From Callorhinchus milii (taxonomy: Eukaryota), in contig NW_024704742.1 in NCBI RefSeq assembly GCF_018977255.1, positions 98,210,001-98,270,000 on the forward strand: 60,000 nucleotides of DNA. The letters run 5' to 3'. Position numbers and translations under genes: made by a program. The notes beneath the pieces are model-generated. The model saw only the letters and a list, made by a program, of their open reading frames with translations, made no database searches and had not been told where the DNA came from. The first letter of the stretch is position 1. The number at the start of each line of letters is the position of its first letter. Of the stretch, positions 11,166-24,079 are shown in pieces.

Positions 11166-12835
11166 AACACTTGTATTTAACTATAATAATTATATTAATG
11201 GTTACAGCATTATCTATAATACTTTTAGCACATTGGGAGTATGGTTAAAATTATGGAGATTGAGATATGTAGGATTTTAAACAAGACCACACCCTTCCAG
11301 GCATCATCCTGATCCTCAGTCAGAGTGGGAAAGGCTTGCTGTAATTTTCTGCCTTTGCCACAGGCAGTAATGAGTAGATGAGGAGGATAGTTTCTCACTG
11401 TAAGGGCCATTTCTAGTGGAGTTAGTTTGTATAGAATTTTGGGAAGTCCTGCAGGGTCTAGAAGATAATGACAGAAAAAGACCCCCCTGCAAAACCTCTG
11501 GCTGCTATGAGAGCTAGTGCAGCCCTTCCAGTCTTCCTACATTCTTTCATTCAGATTCCCAGAAGGAACTAGCAGGAGCAGTGCAAATCATAAGCACCCA
11601 TAAAGTCTAAGCCCCAGACTCACCCTCCTGCTTGGCTTTATCGCCCTGTAAAAGGAATATCCCATCTTTGCACCACCCAAATCTACCGAATTCTGCAAAA
11701 TCCCTCCCAAACTGCATACACTCTATCTGTTAGTAAGTATTACATAACTTGGATTGAATCATGGGATCTGTAATGTTACTCAGATCAACATATTTTTAAA
11801 AGAATGTCATTTAAGGAGTTTTTTTTATCTGTTGATGTTTATAATAACATTTTGTTTCTCAATTGTGAGCAAATCCTTCATCTGAAAACATTAGACAAAA
11901 TTGAGTCATTGCTTGCCTGTAGCACATTATCCATGACCTAGTTTTTCTTATAACAGAACAAAGTGAATGACTAGCATTGTAACAGTGATGTAACACAACC
12001 AGCCAAAACAACTGACCAAAAGGGAGTTGGGGGGTGGGTAGCTAGGGGGAAGAGAAGAGATCAAAGTTACATGTATTCAACTTGGAGTTGCTTAAGGCAC
12101 CATTTTGAGATTAAAGTTAACAATATGTTTCATTTTGCACATTAATAGGACTCGATTAAAATTAAAATGTAAATGAAAACTTCTAAGTTATTTTTGTTCC
12201 GGATGAGGTGTAGAGAATTATAAGGAGTGGATAAATTGGTCGTCTGGAACAGGTACAGGTACTCAGAATAAATGTCTAGTAAACCTGAGTACGACGATGT
12301 TAGTGATGTCAAAATATGAAAGTAATATAGAGATGCTGATATGCAAGGATTAATATCTGAACTGAAAACACAAATACAAAAATAAGGAATGATGGATAAT
12401 ATTAAGCAAGTATTTTACACAGCTGGCTGGACACCAAAAATGGGTGGGAGGGTGTGGAAGAAAGGTGACCAAAAGTGCAGTCAAAGAGGTAAGTAATATA
12501 ACAAAGCCATGGAGAACTATAACTGCAGCACAGCCAGGAAATAGATCAGTTGTAGGCCGAGATCTGGCCACAGCTGCAGCCCAGCAAAGTCCTAAAGTTT
12601 ATGTATATCTATGTTTTTGCTAAAATTACCAAATACAAGAAGTTTAGGTTCATAACAGTATCTAAATTATGAATGGAAGTTTGTAATCTATGTTTTTGAG
12701 GGACTGATGATTACGTGGAGGTTGTATCAGAGAAAATAAGGACAAAAAGGATATTGCAGTCTGCACACAATTCAATAGATTTTTGGCAAAATAGTAAGTA
12801 CAGCTCTTGATGTACTCTAATGACATTGATGACAT

Positions 12836-12903
12836 TCAAGCGCTCTGAGATGCCGTCCGGCGTGGAGGCCGCTATATAAATCCAAGTTGTTTTTGTTGTT
12901 ATT
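12836..12903 (+). mobile_element. Very short 5'-truncated L2 tail (same subfamily as 46150-47477)
   Basis: agcgctctgagatgccgtccggcgtggaggccgctatataaatccaagttgtttttg. Confidence 0.85.
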
Positions 12904-13273
12904 GATGATAGAAAGTCACCTTTAGGGAACAAATAACACAGTAGCAGCATAGATTTTAGCACTGTATGATCCTGAAAAAAGTTATAGGGGCTAAATTAGA
13001 TAACATGCTTGGAAATTCCATTAATTTGTTCTTATTCCAGGAGTATTGTCAGGCTTAGTAACCTCCTCCAGATTGACCTGTGTTGAATTTGGCCACTTCT
13101 GCACCATTTTACTAATGTTGCAGGACCATCTTGGAAATTTTGGCTACCAAGTTTTGGCTCCAATCTGACGTATTGGAGATTATTGGTACATTTAAGCACT
13201 TTTAGGTTTACCCTTTTTTTGTTGATCACACAGTCTCCTGAATCTTTTCTTACAGTTTAACCAACTAAAACAA

Positions 13274-13562
13274 ATAATAATATTAATAATCCTTGGATTT
13301 TGAAATAGCACTTTTCACGTCTTCTAGACGTCTCAAAGCACTTCACAGAATATACCCTAAAGTGAATTGACTATATATTTGTGGGCAAAACAGAGCAGCC
13401 AATTGCACACAGCAGTGTCCCACAAACAGTTGTGGATTGAGTGACCAAATTATTATTTTTTTAAGAGCGTATTATCAGGCGTGTGAAGTAAGGAAACTTG
13501 CCCAAGGTTTTTGGGAATCGAACCCAGGTCTCTCGCTTGCAAGGCGAGTGCTCTAACTACTG
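13274..13562 (-). mobile_element. Young tRNA-Ala-derived SINE, short form
   Basis: tRNA head (gagcactcgccttgcaagcgagagacctgggttcgattcc), ttgggcaagtttccttac body, L2-like tail ending in (TTA)n. Confidence 0.9.
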
Positions 13563-13850
13563 CATATCTTGCTGGTAAGCTTCTTACTGCTTGTCCATCT
13601 ATGACCACTCTACATATTAGGGTCTTGCCTTGCATGGTTATAATAGGAGCCGAGTGAGAAGAATCCTTACCCTCACAGACTGGTCTGTCCCTCTAAGTCC
13701 TGCCGATGAGCCAGGCTGGCTGGTTTATTATCAACTGTAGATCCGTAGGATTGCCACAGAGTGTTGAATTGATTCTGACAATCAGTTGCCAAGAATGTCA
13801 CCTTGGAGCCACCACAAATCCAAGGAGATCCTGCTTGCTTTCCCCACAAA
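13563..13850 (-). repeat. Unclassified dispersed repeat, copy 2
   Basis: Homologous to 9290-9680 over >250 nt, including the 5' hairpin. Confidence 0.75.
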
Positions 13851-14689
13851 GGAGGAATTAGCTCAAACAATTCCTGTAGATACAAATGAAGTAGCTCTTG
13901 AAGAATCTTTTTTCGGACCAATTTTTCATGTCTTCTATGATTGCCTACACATCTATCTTGATCGCCTTACCATTTAGGCATTCACAATGCTCTTAAGATC
14001 ATGTTCCACTATCTGCTGAATTTTTTTTACAAAAACTCTTAATTATGACTATAACTCAGGTTTTGGACACAAGTGTTAAAAAAATACATTCAGGAGACCA
14101 TGTGAACACAGAAAAATGGGTAAACCTTAATGTGCCATGAGTATTTTTTGTTCTTAAAATGAATTGATCAGTGTAAATTTAAGCTGGGCTCTTTGCTTCC
14201 ATTAGTTACCAAGATGGAATGAGGACATGCAGAACTTGAATGGAAGTGTGCAGGAGTAATTTAGTTATTGGATGTAACGTTTCTGTAAATGATGGCCAGC
14301 ATAAAGAATAAGTGAAAGGAAGATTAATGCCGACTTGCCAACCTGCTGAATTCAGAGATTCTCCACAGATGAGTTATGCCCAAACATCTGTCCGATGTCA
14401 AAATGAAACTTCGTAAGGATGATAGAATTACATTTTAAACCTATTCTTCATGTTTCCACAATAGATTTAGGTTGTAGGTTTGTAGGTTACCTGGAATGGA
14501 TGTCCCGGAACCAGCCCTAATCCAAGACAATAGCCTGTATAGCATCACAACTCAGTCCAAAAACAGAAACTTCCTACTAGGATGACAAAAGGGATCAAGT
14601 GAAAGTCTTGACTGCATGGATTTGTTTAACTATAGATTTCCTGTCACTAAAATATAGGAAGAAATTGAAATCTCTCCTGCTCCCAAATA

Positions 14690-14990
14690 CCTCTATGCTT
14701 CGGCTGAGACATTAAATTGAAGTCCCGGCTGCCTGTTCATGTGGACCTTAAAGATCCCATAACACTATTTGAAAAGACAAGGGAGTTTCTCCTGTTATCA
14801 TAGTCAGCAATCACCGAAATAAAATTGGTCATTCATTCATTCAATGGCTGTTTGTGGGACATTTCTGTGCTAAAATTGGCTTCCGTGTTCGCCCACAAAA
14901 CAGTCACTCCAATTTACAATATATCCCATGAAGCTCTTTGGGACATCCTGCTTACGTGTAAAGCATTACATATTAAAGTAAGGATTATAT
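14690..14990 (+). mobile_element. Deu-domain SINE (SacSINE1/AmnSINE1-like), partial
   Basis: Deu-domain core gtggaccttaaagatcccataacactatttgaaaagacaagggagtttctcc...ggctgtttgtgggac. Confidence 0.85.
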
Positions 14991-16002
14991 ATATTGTATA
15001 ATATTATTATAAATACTGGAAATCTGTGCTCCTGACTTTTACCATTTAGAACAGAGATTGCAAGCGATGGTCAGGTATTTCTCATGGAAGTAAAACTGAT
15101 CTGACCTGAATGGCCTTCTTCTGTGCAAATTTCTATGGTTCATGGAAAAGTTGTTCATGGAGCAAACTTTGTAGATCTCCTAGGAACTGCCTCAAGAAGT
15201 CTATTAGCAAAGTAACCAGCAGCCTTCTTGATTGGAAGAGACCTAAAGAGAAAAACAGGAAATAATAAATGTTAAATAAAACAGTGTATAAATTCTTAAC
15301 TATATAACAAATAATGAATAATAAAAATTTTCACCCCAGAATCTTGCATGAGGTTACCAAGTATTCCAGGAACATCCAAGACAGAAATTTGTCAGTGGAA
15401 ACACCAATATTAGTTAGTCTATTTAGTAATGTAATTTTGCTTATATTAATAGGAAAGGTAAAAGAACAGTACAGTGGGAAGCTACAGAGTGCCCTGTGGC
15501 ATATTTTCCTATGATGAGTCTTGTTGGTTGGGTCATTTAAATAATATAAGCAATGACCATGTCTAAGCTTCCTCCCTAGAAATGTGGCTACTTCAGTTGC
15601 TGATTTTCTTTTGGGAGAGTAAAATGTTAAAGCGTTGATATTATCCAGTGATGAAATTATCCAGTGTCTCACACATGATGTTTCTGGTTGGTTATAGCAT
15701 TCCACTCAGATAAAAGAGTGCTGGAATGTAAGTTCCCACCCATGACTCACCACGTGACATTCTTCAGATCCTGAATGTTTGGGTTGTGCTTCCTCACTAG
15801 CTTCCTCACTAGCAAAAGAGGAATGTTAATAGAAGTTAATAAATGTTAATTCTTATTACATTCTCATCCAGCTAATGGTACCCAATTGTAGATCAGTATT
15901 GACAGAGATCTGCCTGTTTTCTCAATTATAGATGGCATGGCAAGTAGGTTGGGACAAATTCAAGAGGTCAAAAAAGAGGTTCAGATGATTTCCTTTTTTG
16001 TA

Positions 16003-16326
16003 TTATAATAATAATCCTTGCATTTGATGTAATGCCTTATCACATCTTCGAGACGTCTCAAAACGCTTCACAGAGTATACTGTAAATTGAATTGACTGTA
16101 CATTTTGTGGACGAAACGCAGCAGCCAATTGCACACAGCCGTGCCCTACAAACAGTCTTGGTTTGAGTGACCAATTGTTTTTAAAAGGCATTATTATTAC
16201 CCCTCGAAAAACAATCTAGCAATCAACTAACAACCGGGTTCTTACTTAATGCTAGGTAAACAGAGGCATGTGGAGTAAGGAAACTTGCCCATCGTTTTGC
16301 CCTGCCAGGAATAATAATCCTTGCAT
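16003..16326 (-). mobile_element. Young SINE, long form, head-truncated
   Basis: (TAA)n-tccttgcatttga tail; contains the gctaggtaaacagaggc segment absent from short forms. Confidence 0.9.
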
Positions 16327-16369
16327 CAGATATGTCCAGTGCCTTGGGATATCCTACTGATGAAATGCA

Positions 16370-16760
16370 CTAAATAAAAATGTAATGTAAATTTGCCTTT
16401 CGCTTTAGGAGGACATCTTGAAGCACCTGACAGGATTTGTTGTAACGTATAGTCACTGTGTATTTGTAGACAGGTGCAATACCCAATTTGTGCACAGTAA
16501 TGTCCCGTAAGCAGCCATTGGATCCTGGAGCCCAAGATACTAGGAGAAACTGGCTTCTCTTTTCAGATAGTGCCATAGGATCATTTGCCTTCTGAACAGG
16601 CAGACAGTGCTCCTTTGTTTACATCTCACAATGGCACATTTGACAATGCAACACTACCACCATTGCTCTGGAATATCAGCCTAGGTTGATATAAAATCAA
16701 AGTTCTAATGTGGGCTTGAATCCTTCTGATCTAGAGGTGAGATTACTACCAAATAAGACA
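16370..16760 (-). mobile_element. Deu-domain SINE, decayed
   Basis: Reverse complement of the Deu core (gatagtgccataggatc...tgaacaggcagac) and a tRNA-like head. Confidence 0.75.
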
Positions 16761-17559
16761 GGGTTGCCAAGCTGGTAATTGGTAGGCAATGGTACTGATA
16801 CTAGCTTACCTGAAGTAGATTTAATCTGTATTTTTATTGGGCAATCTTAGTGGTACTGCATCAGTTATCATTATGGATCTGAAACTTGCATTTGCATTGA
16901 ATTTGGTTCAAGGGTCCAGAATTCCAATAGAATTCTCCAGTGTCATGAGTATGCAAATAAAGGGCACACTGAACACACAGCCTAGTCATTACTAAAGCTG
17001 CTCCTCAATGTCACAGTAAGCTGCATATTTATAGACAAGCATAAAAAGAAATAATAAGGATTGAGATTGAGAAAATGTTAGAGGCAGCGGTAATTGAACT
17101 GTCAATCTCTCCTTGAGGGCCCCAGAAGTTATTTTCTTTAAGACGGATTGCCGTTCACATTTGTATGTGAATTATAGGAAATTGGAAATGTTGCAGAACC
17201 TGATGATTTCCCCATGCTCAATATGAAGGGTATTTTATGATGGACTGTGTGAGCATAGTTTTTCACTTCCTTTGATCTGTGCCACAGTTATTGGCAGGTA
17301 GAAATTGCTGCCAAGGATCACTGCAAGACTACACTCATAACATATAAAGGACAGCACAAGATGAACAGGATGTCTTGAATTGAAGAACATTTTTGTGACT
17401 TTTCTGAGGGCAATAACTGAAGTTCTTTGAGCAACCCCTAAAAAGAAAAAAAGGGGTTGATTTTATGACATTTATGAAAAGTGATTTTTAAAGAGAAAAT
17501 CTGAACAATACTAGAACATTAACATATTTTAACACTTACGATTAATAATAAAAATAGTC

Positions 17560-17940
17560 CTGGCATTAGATATAGAACCTTATCACATAATCGCAATCTG
17601 AAAGCAAACTTTGTATTTTGTGTGCAAAACGTGGCAGCCAATTGTACACAGCAATGTCTCACAAACAGCCAATGAGTGAGGGATCAATTTTATTTGGTGG
17701 ATTTATACACCAAAATAAATTCCCTTCTCTTTTAAATCATGTCATAGGATCTTTAACGTCTGCCTGAACAGGCAGACGGGACCTCAGTTCAATATTTCAT
17801 CCAAAGGATGGCACCTACAACACTGCAACACACCTCCAGTGCTGCATTGTGCCAGTGATTAGAGAAAGTCCCAATGTGGGACTTGAGGCCACAACCTTCT
17901 GACTCAGAGATGAGAGTGCTACCACTGAGCCACTCTGAGA
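17560..17940 (-). mobile_element. Deu-domain SINE, near full length
   Basis: ggatctttaacgtctgcctgaacaggcagacgggacctcagtt...caaccttctgactcagag...actgagcca. Confidence 0.85.
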
Positions 17941-18049
17941 CTGAATACTTCATACTTCGCCTTTTTTTATTGTGAGAAATAATCAAATTGTAATAATATT
18001 GTTGCCTTCAATAAGACAAATATGACCATTGCACCATGCTTATTCACAG

Positions 18050-18118
18050 AAGCCTTGGGACGTCCTCCCGACGTGAAAAGGCTAAACAAATGTAATCTTG
18101 CTGTTGTTGTTGTTGTGG
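18050..18118 (+). mobile_element. Short L2 3' tail
   Basis: ttgggacgtcctcccgacgtgaaaagg...(ttg)n. Confidence 0.85.
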
Positions 18119-18124
18119 TTGAAG

Positions 18125-19860
18125 ACAACAGTAGCAACAACAACAACTTGCATTTATATAGCACCCTTCACAGCACAGGAGGGCAGCTGAAGGCATGGTT
18201 GAAAAGGAGAGTCTTGAGTCGTGCTTTGAAGGAGGCCAGGGAGGGAGCAAGGTGAAGGGATTGAGGGATGGAGTTCCCAATGGTGGGGGCAGAAAGGCTG
18301 AAAGCACTAAGAAAAAGGAAGGTCTATAGACAGGATTTGATAGTTGGGAGGGAGGGGGCAAGGTGGAGGTATTGAGGGAGAGAGTTCCAGTGTTTTGAGG
18401 TAGAGTGGATGAAGGCATGGCCACTAATGGTGGAGTGGAGGGGATGAGGGACAAACAGGAGGCTGGAGCCAGCTGAGCAGAGGCAGCAGGTTGTGGAGTG
18501 GGGGGTAAGCAAATCGGATAGGTAGGGAGGTGCGAGGGCATGGAGGGATTTGAAAATGAGTGAGAGGATCTTGAAGTCGATCCTATCTGTAATTGGGAGC
18601 CAATGGAGTCTGGCAAGGATTAGTGTGATGTGTGAATGGAGTTTTGTATGGGTGAGTTTTGATTTAATTAAATTTGTGTATGGTGGAGCTGGGGACACCG
18701 AAAGGAGGGTATTTGAATAGTCCACCCAGGAAGTGTTGAAGGCATGAATGAGGGTTTTGGCTGTTAGTTGTGAGACACGGATAGAGGCGGGCAAAATGAG
18801 GTGGGTAAAAGTGGTCCTGGTCAGGGAACGGATGTAGGGTAGAAAGGAAAGCTGGGTGATTGGATTGGATGCCTAAATTGTGCATGTGTTTGGTTAGTCT
18901 GAGGGTGATGAAGATGGCATGGGGAGGAGGAAGCCGCCAGGTGGATGTTATCTATCTCAGAGATAAAGAAATTCAGGATCTCTTCACACTTGGCATCGGA
19001 AGTGAGGATCAAAGGTGCTTGAGACAGGGTGTGGAGGAGGTCGTGGGTAGTGGAAAACACGATTTGGGGGTTATTTTTGGCCTCGAGGAAGACCTGTGAA
19101 TAGAAACCAGTTTGGGCTTGAGAGAGGGAGCAGCGGTAGGTATGAAGATGCTCGAGTCATAGTTGCTGATGAATCGTTAGGGCGGTTTTGTGCCATCTGC
19201 GCTCGAGCAATCGGGTTTGGGATTTGAGGAACAGAGGTGACTGTTGTTTCAAGGGTCCGGGTAGGTTTAGAGACGGAACTGATTTTCCGGGGAACAAGAG
19301 AATTGACAGTTGAAGAGAGGTGATTGTTTAGCAGCTTTATGGCTGTCTCTGGACCAGAGGGAGGGAAGGTCTGAGGATAAGGGAATCTGGCATTTGTAAG
19401 GGAATCGGGGGGAAGCTTTTTTCATGGGTGGTAAAAGATGGTGGAGAGCTTGGAGGAGGGGAGGGTGATTTGCAAGGAGAGGGAGATGAGGAAATGGTCT
19501 GAGATGGCCTTGCCTGTGATGAATACATCAGTCATGTCTAGGTCATGCGTGATGACGAGGTCGAGGGGGTGGCCATGGTAGTGAGTCAGGGAGTTTACAT
19601 GGCGCGTGAGGTTTAGGGTGGAGAGGAGGGCGGCAAAGTCAGAGAAGATGGGGCAGGGGAAATTGAGATGAAGGTTGAAATCGCCCATTATGAGCAGGCG
19701 TTTTGTGCAGAGGGACAGGGATGAGAGGAGATATTCACGAAGAAGGAACCTGGAGGTTTGGAGGGTGGTGGGGTGGGGGAGTTGCGGTAAACCAGGAGAA
19801 TTTTGAAGGAGAGAGAGGAGGGATTTATTTGCAGCCCACACATCACTTTTGTGAAAAACT
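18125..19860 (-). mobile_element. L2 LINE, degenerate: APE endonuclease, linker and ORF2 C-terminus present; RT core deleted
   Basis: Endonuclease motifs LLIMGDFNLHLN, THYHGHPLDLVIT, ISDHFLI. C-terminal motifs HITLILARLHWLPITDRIDFKILSLIFKSLHALAPPYLSDLL. (CAA)n tail at ~18125-18147. Confidence 0.93.
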
Positions 19861-19954
19861 CCCATGGCATAGACTGCATTGTCTCCAGGGAATTTACTTA
19901 ACCTTACACTGAGAGAATAAATATACACATGTGGCAATAATAATATATAACAGT

Positions 19955-20258
19955 AATAATCCTTGCATTTGATATAGTGCATTTCACGTCTTATCGACGT
20001 CTCAAAGCGCTTCACAGAATATACTGTAAAGTGAATTGATCCACATTTGTGGGTGAAACGCGGCAGCCAATTGTGCACTGCAGTGTCCCACTAACAGTCA
20101 TGGATTGAAAATGACCAATTTATTTTTTTTTGTTTTGGAGGGATTATTATTAGCCATGTGGAGTAAGGAAACTTGCCCAATTTTTTCCCCTGCCTGGAAT
20201 TGAACCCAGGTATCTCGCTTGCAAGGTGAGTGCTCTAACCACTGAGCTACAGGACTCC
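19955..20258 (-). mobile_element. Young tRNA-Ala SINE, short form, full length with target-site duplication
   Basis: Complete head ending ...gagctacaggactcc; AACAGT duplicated at 19949-19954 and 20259-20264. Confidence 0.95.
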
Positions 20259-21212
20259 AACAGTTGCTGGACTACACATCCATCAAAAAGTATACTGTAT
20301 CATTAAAAATGTATTCCATATATCATAAACTAACCTGTCAGTAACATAAACTAACTGCAACTAATATGTAGATACAATTTACGCACAATAAAAGTGATTG
20401 TTAAGTTCTCAAGATTACAAATTTTATTGAATTGTTCATACACAGAGTTGGAAATGTGCTCCTGTAATAAGAAGATAAAAGCCTGGGGAGGGGGTATGAA
20501 ATTCTACTCAGTGTTAAAGTTAGCAGCATTGCCATAGCGAGTTAAAATGTGCAGAAATGTTATTATATCGGTGATAAAAATGGTCCTAATTTAACTTCTG
20601 TTTTCCTGCTATTATTTCAAGTGTCTGTTAAAGCTAGCGGTGAAGTCGTGAAACCAATTAATTGCACATTGAAATTACATAGAAAATTCATTAACCGATT
20701 TTTCTGTTAAAACTGCATAAGTGCAAAATAGTGTAGGTGCATTCATTTCACACCAACCTTGATCAGATACTAAATGAAGAGTTGAGCAGTGGAAAGCATA
20801 AAGATCAATATTTTGGTCAAAAGGCAATATTGTTTTTTTTCAGAAATGTATTAATTGTGATTTTTTTTTCCTTCTCAATGCTTGGAGTAATGTTGTACAA
20901 TTTAAGTTGTGGAACACTATTTGTTTTATGCAATAGTTTTGTGTCAGGCAAACAGTTCATGGGCCTCGTAGCACTGCATCTCTGGTGGTTATCATGCTTT
21001 GGAGAGTTGGAACAGGAGCTGCAACAACCTTAGTTCTAAACAGATAAAGAAAGGTTATGCAGAAGCATATTAAAAACATATAAATGCAAAGTAATTTTCT
21101 TTTTTGTTCCTCAACAATTTACTGATGCTTTGTGTGGCAAGACATCTCCCATTAGGTAGAACAGCAGCAAACATGTATCAATACCTCTAGCATTTCACGA
21201 ATGGAGAGTGAG

Positions 21213-23280
21213 AAACAACAACAAATTACATTTGTATAGCGCCCTTCACGTCGGAAAAACGTCCCTGTACGCTGGACAATCAGGAGTTTTGGACCCGAGT
21301 TGGGAGTTGGGGTCAGAAGGGAAGGTGGACAGGGCAGGTGGGAATGGAAAGGAGGCTGAAGGCACGGTTGAAGAGGAAGGTCTTCAGACGGAACTCGAAG
21401 GAGGCAAGAGAAGGGGTGAGGTAAAGGCATTGTGGGATAGAGTTTTAGGGTGTTGGGGCAGAGATGCTAAATGCCCGACTGCCAATGGTGGGGCGGGAAG
21501 TGTGAGGGACCTGAAGCAGGCGAGTGTCTGCCGAGCGGGGGGAGCGGACAGGCTAATATGGGGTTACAAGGTCAGAAGAGTAGGGGAGAGCATGACCATG
21601 GAGGGCCCTGAAGGTAAGAATAAGGGTTTTGTACTTGACTCTCTGAGGAATGGGGCGCTAGTGAAGCCGGGCAAGAACAGGGTTGATAGGTTCCCGGAGC
21701 CTGGTGCAGGAGAGGACACGAGCTGCAGAGTTCTGAATAATCTGCATGTGTAGATCGAAGAGGAGAGGTCGAGAGGACAAGAGAGACAGAGAGAGCCCTG
21801 GTTACATGTGGACAGAATGTCATTTGTCACTTTGATTCAGCAAAATTGAGGCCCTCCTGATTGGCTCGCACCAGCACCTCCTCACCTCGGGCGCTGGCAG
21901 CATCAGCCTCCACGGCTGCACACTCAACCTCACTAAGCCAGACAGGAACCTGTTTGACCCTGAACTGTCCTTTCTCCCCCACATCCGTGCCATGACCGGC
22001 AGTGCCTACCACCACCTCTGCAACATTACCAGACTCCGCCACTGCCTCACCCCTCAGGCTGTCGAAAGCCTCACCCACACATTCATCACATCAAGGCTCG
22101 ATTACGGAAACTCCCTCCTCATCGGCCTTGCCAACTTTTCCCTTCACAAGCTGCAGATCATCCAAAGCTCGTGTGCTCTCACGCACCAGGCTCCGTGATC
22201 CATCACTCCCACCCTCACCCGACTCCACTGGCTCCCCATCCCCCAGAAGATCAAATTCAAGATCCTCGTCCTCACTTTCAAGGCCATCCATGGCCTTGCC
22301 CTTTCCTACCTCTCTGACCTGCTGCCTCCCTTCCAACCTGCCCACTCCCTCTGTTCAGCCTGCTCCATGTCTCCCGCCCAACCCACCCTACCATTGGTGG
22401 CCGGGCTTTTAGCCTCTCTGCCCCCACACTCTGGAACTCCATCCCACAGCCCTTTGCCTCGCTTCCTCCCTTGCCGCCTTCAAGGCTGGTCTCAGGACCC
22501 TCCTCTTCAGTCGCTCTCCCACCTCTCTGTCTTCCCTCATCCCTACCCTACCCCTCCTCCATGCTCGGGTTCTGTCCCCTGACTGTCTGGCGCCTTGAGA
22601 CATCCTCCTGACTTGAAAGGCGCTCTAGAAATGTCATTTTGTTGGTGTTGTTGTTGTTGTTGTTGTTGTAGGGCTGTCTCTGTTCTGTGAGAGGCATTAA
22701 ACCCAGATTGGAAGGGTTCATGGCAGAAATGCTGGGAGAGGAAAGAGCGATGCTGGGAAGTGACGACTCGTTCCATAACTTTGATAGAAAAGGAAGGTTT
22801 GAAATGGGATGTTAGTTGAAGATCAGAGATGGGTCAAGGGAAGGGTTTTTGAGGCTAGTGGTGATAACAGATGTCTTTAGGGGTATGGGTATGGTGCCAA
22901 TGATAGGGAGAGATTAATGAGGTCTGTTAGTAGGGGGGCAAGGGGGTGGAGCTGTGAGGTGAGGAAAGGCGTAGTAATAGGGTCAAGGAAACAGGTGGTG
23001 GGTTTCATATAGGAAATGAGTGAGGTGATTGAAGAGGGGGAGAACAGGGTCAAAAATGTAGAGCAGGAGATGGGGGCGGGGGCTAGAATGGAGGTGGGAA
23101 GTGGAGACGGGGTGCAGGTAGAGGGGCTAAAGGCAGCAGAAGGAATTCCCTCGACTTTGGACTCGAGGAAATCCATCACCTCCTCACATTTGATGTTAGA
23201 GGAGAGAATGGCAGAGGCATGGGAGGATGGATGGAGGAGTTGGCTTATGGTAGAAAAGAGGAGTCTGGGGTTAACTTGAT
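21213..23280 (-). mobile_element. Old L2 LINE with internal deletion, interrupted by a plus-strand L2
   Basis: Tail at 21213; RT-proximal motifs MKPTTCFLDPI, FQSGFNASHRTETAL and KVTNDIL flank the insertion. Confidence 0.9.
21835..22668 (+). mobile_element. L2 LINE 3' fragment nested in an older L2
   Basis: TPQAVESLTHTFITSRLDYGNSLL, LHWLP-encoding sequence, tail ending (ttg)n. Confidence 0.93.
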
Positions 23281-23341
23281 ATACACCAGCAGCAACAGCA
23301 ACTTGCATTCATATGATCTATAGTTGTGGATAGAAATTAGC

Positions 23342-23520
23342 TAATAATAATAATCCTTGCATTTGATATAGTGCTTTTCACGCCTTCTAGACATCTCAAA
23401 GCGCTTCACAGAATATACTGTAAAGTGAATTGACTATATTTGTGGGCGAAATGCGGCAGTCAATTGTGCATAGCAGTGTCCTGCAAACAGTTATGTTTTT
23501 TTCTTGAGGGATTAATAATC
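23342..23520 (-). mobile_element. Young SINE, 3' half
   Basis: taataatccttgcatttgatatagtgcttttcacg... Confidence 0.9.
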
Positions 23521-24079
23521 AGAATTAAACACAAAGAGACAGGAGAGCCAGAATGTTTATCTAACATAACTGTATATTAACTCCTAACCAACAAAAAATG
23601 AACTTTACCTGGATGAATAGACGTTCAGTGCAAGCAGTTTCAAACATCTGCCTCAAATAACAGCCCCAGCAGAGCATTGAAAATTACAAATGTAGTGCTG
23701 AGATTGATAATAATAATCTCCTCCAGTCAGAGTTCTGGGGTGAACCACTGCTGTGAATTATTCTATGTTTGTTGTAGATCTGGTTCATGATTGAATTCCA
23801 GGATAAATTGGCATGAAGAAAAGCATGATTCATATAGTTAGTACTGTATGGAGTGCTTTATGGAGTTGAATTGCTATGCTGTTCTTACTGGGAGCGATGA
23901 GAGAACTGTGCGTACAAAAATATACAATGTTAACGGCAGTGAGTCTGTAAGTAACGTGGATTGGATATGTGAGGATGAGAGGTATACCTACGATTCCAGA
24001 TAAATGATTGTAACAGTGTGCATTTAGTTTAATGTGTAACAAATGGTTTGATGAGGAAAACAGGAAGACCCTTTGGGGA

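Noticed and set aside
12700..12725. Hammerhead-like CTGATGA core
   Set aside because: No flanking stems or correctly placed GAAA found
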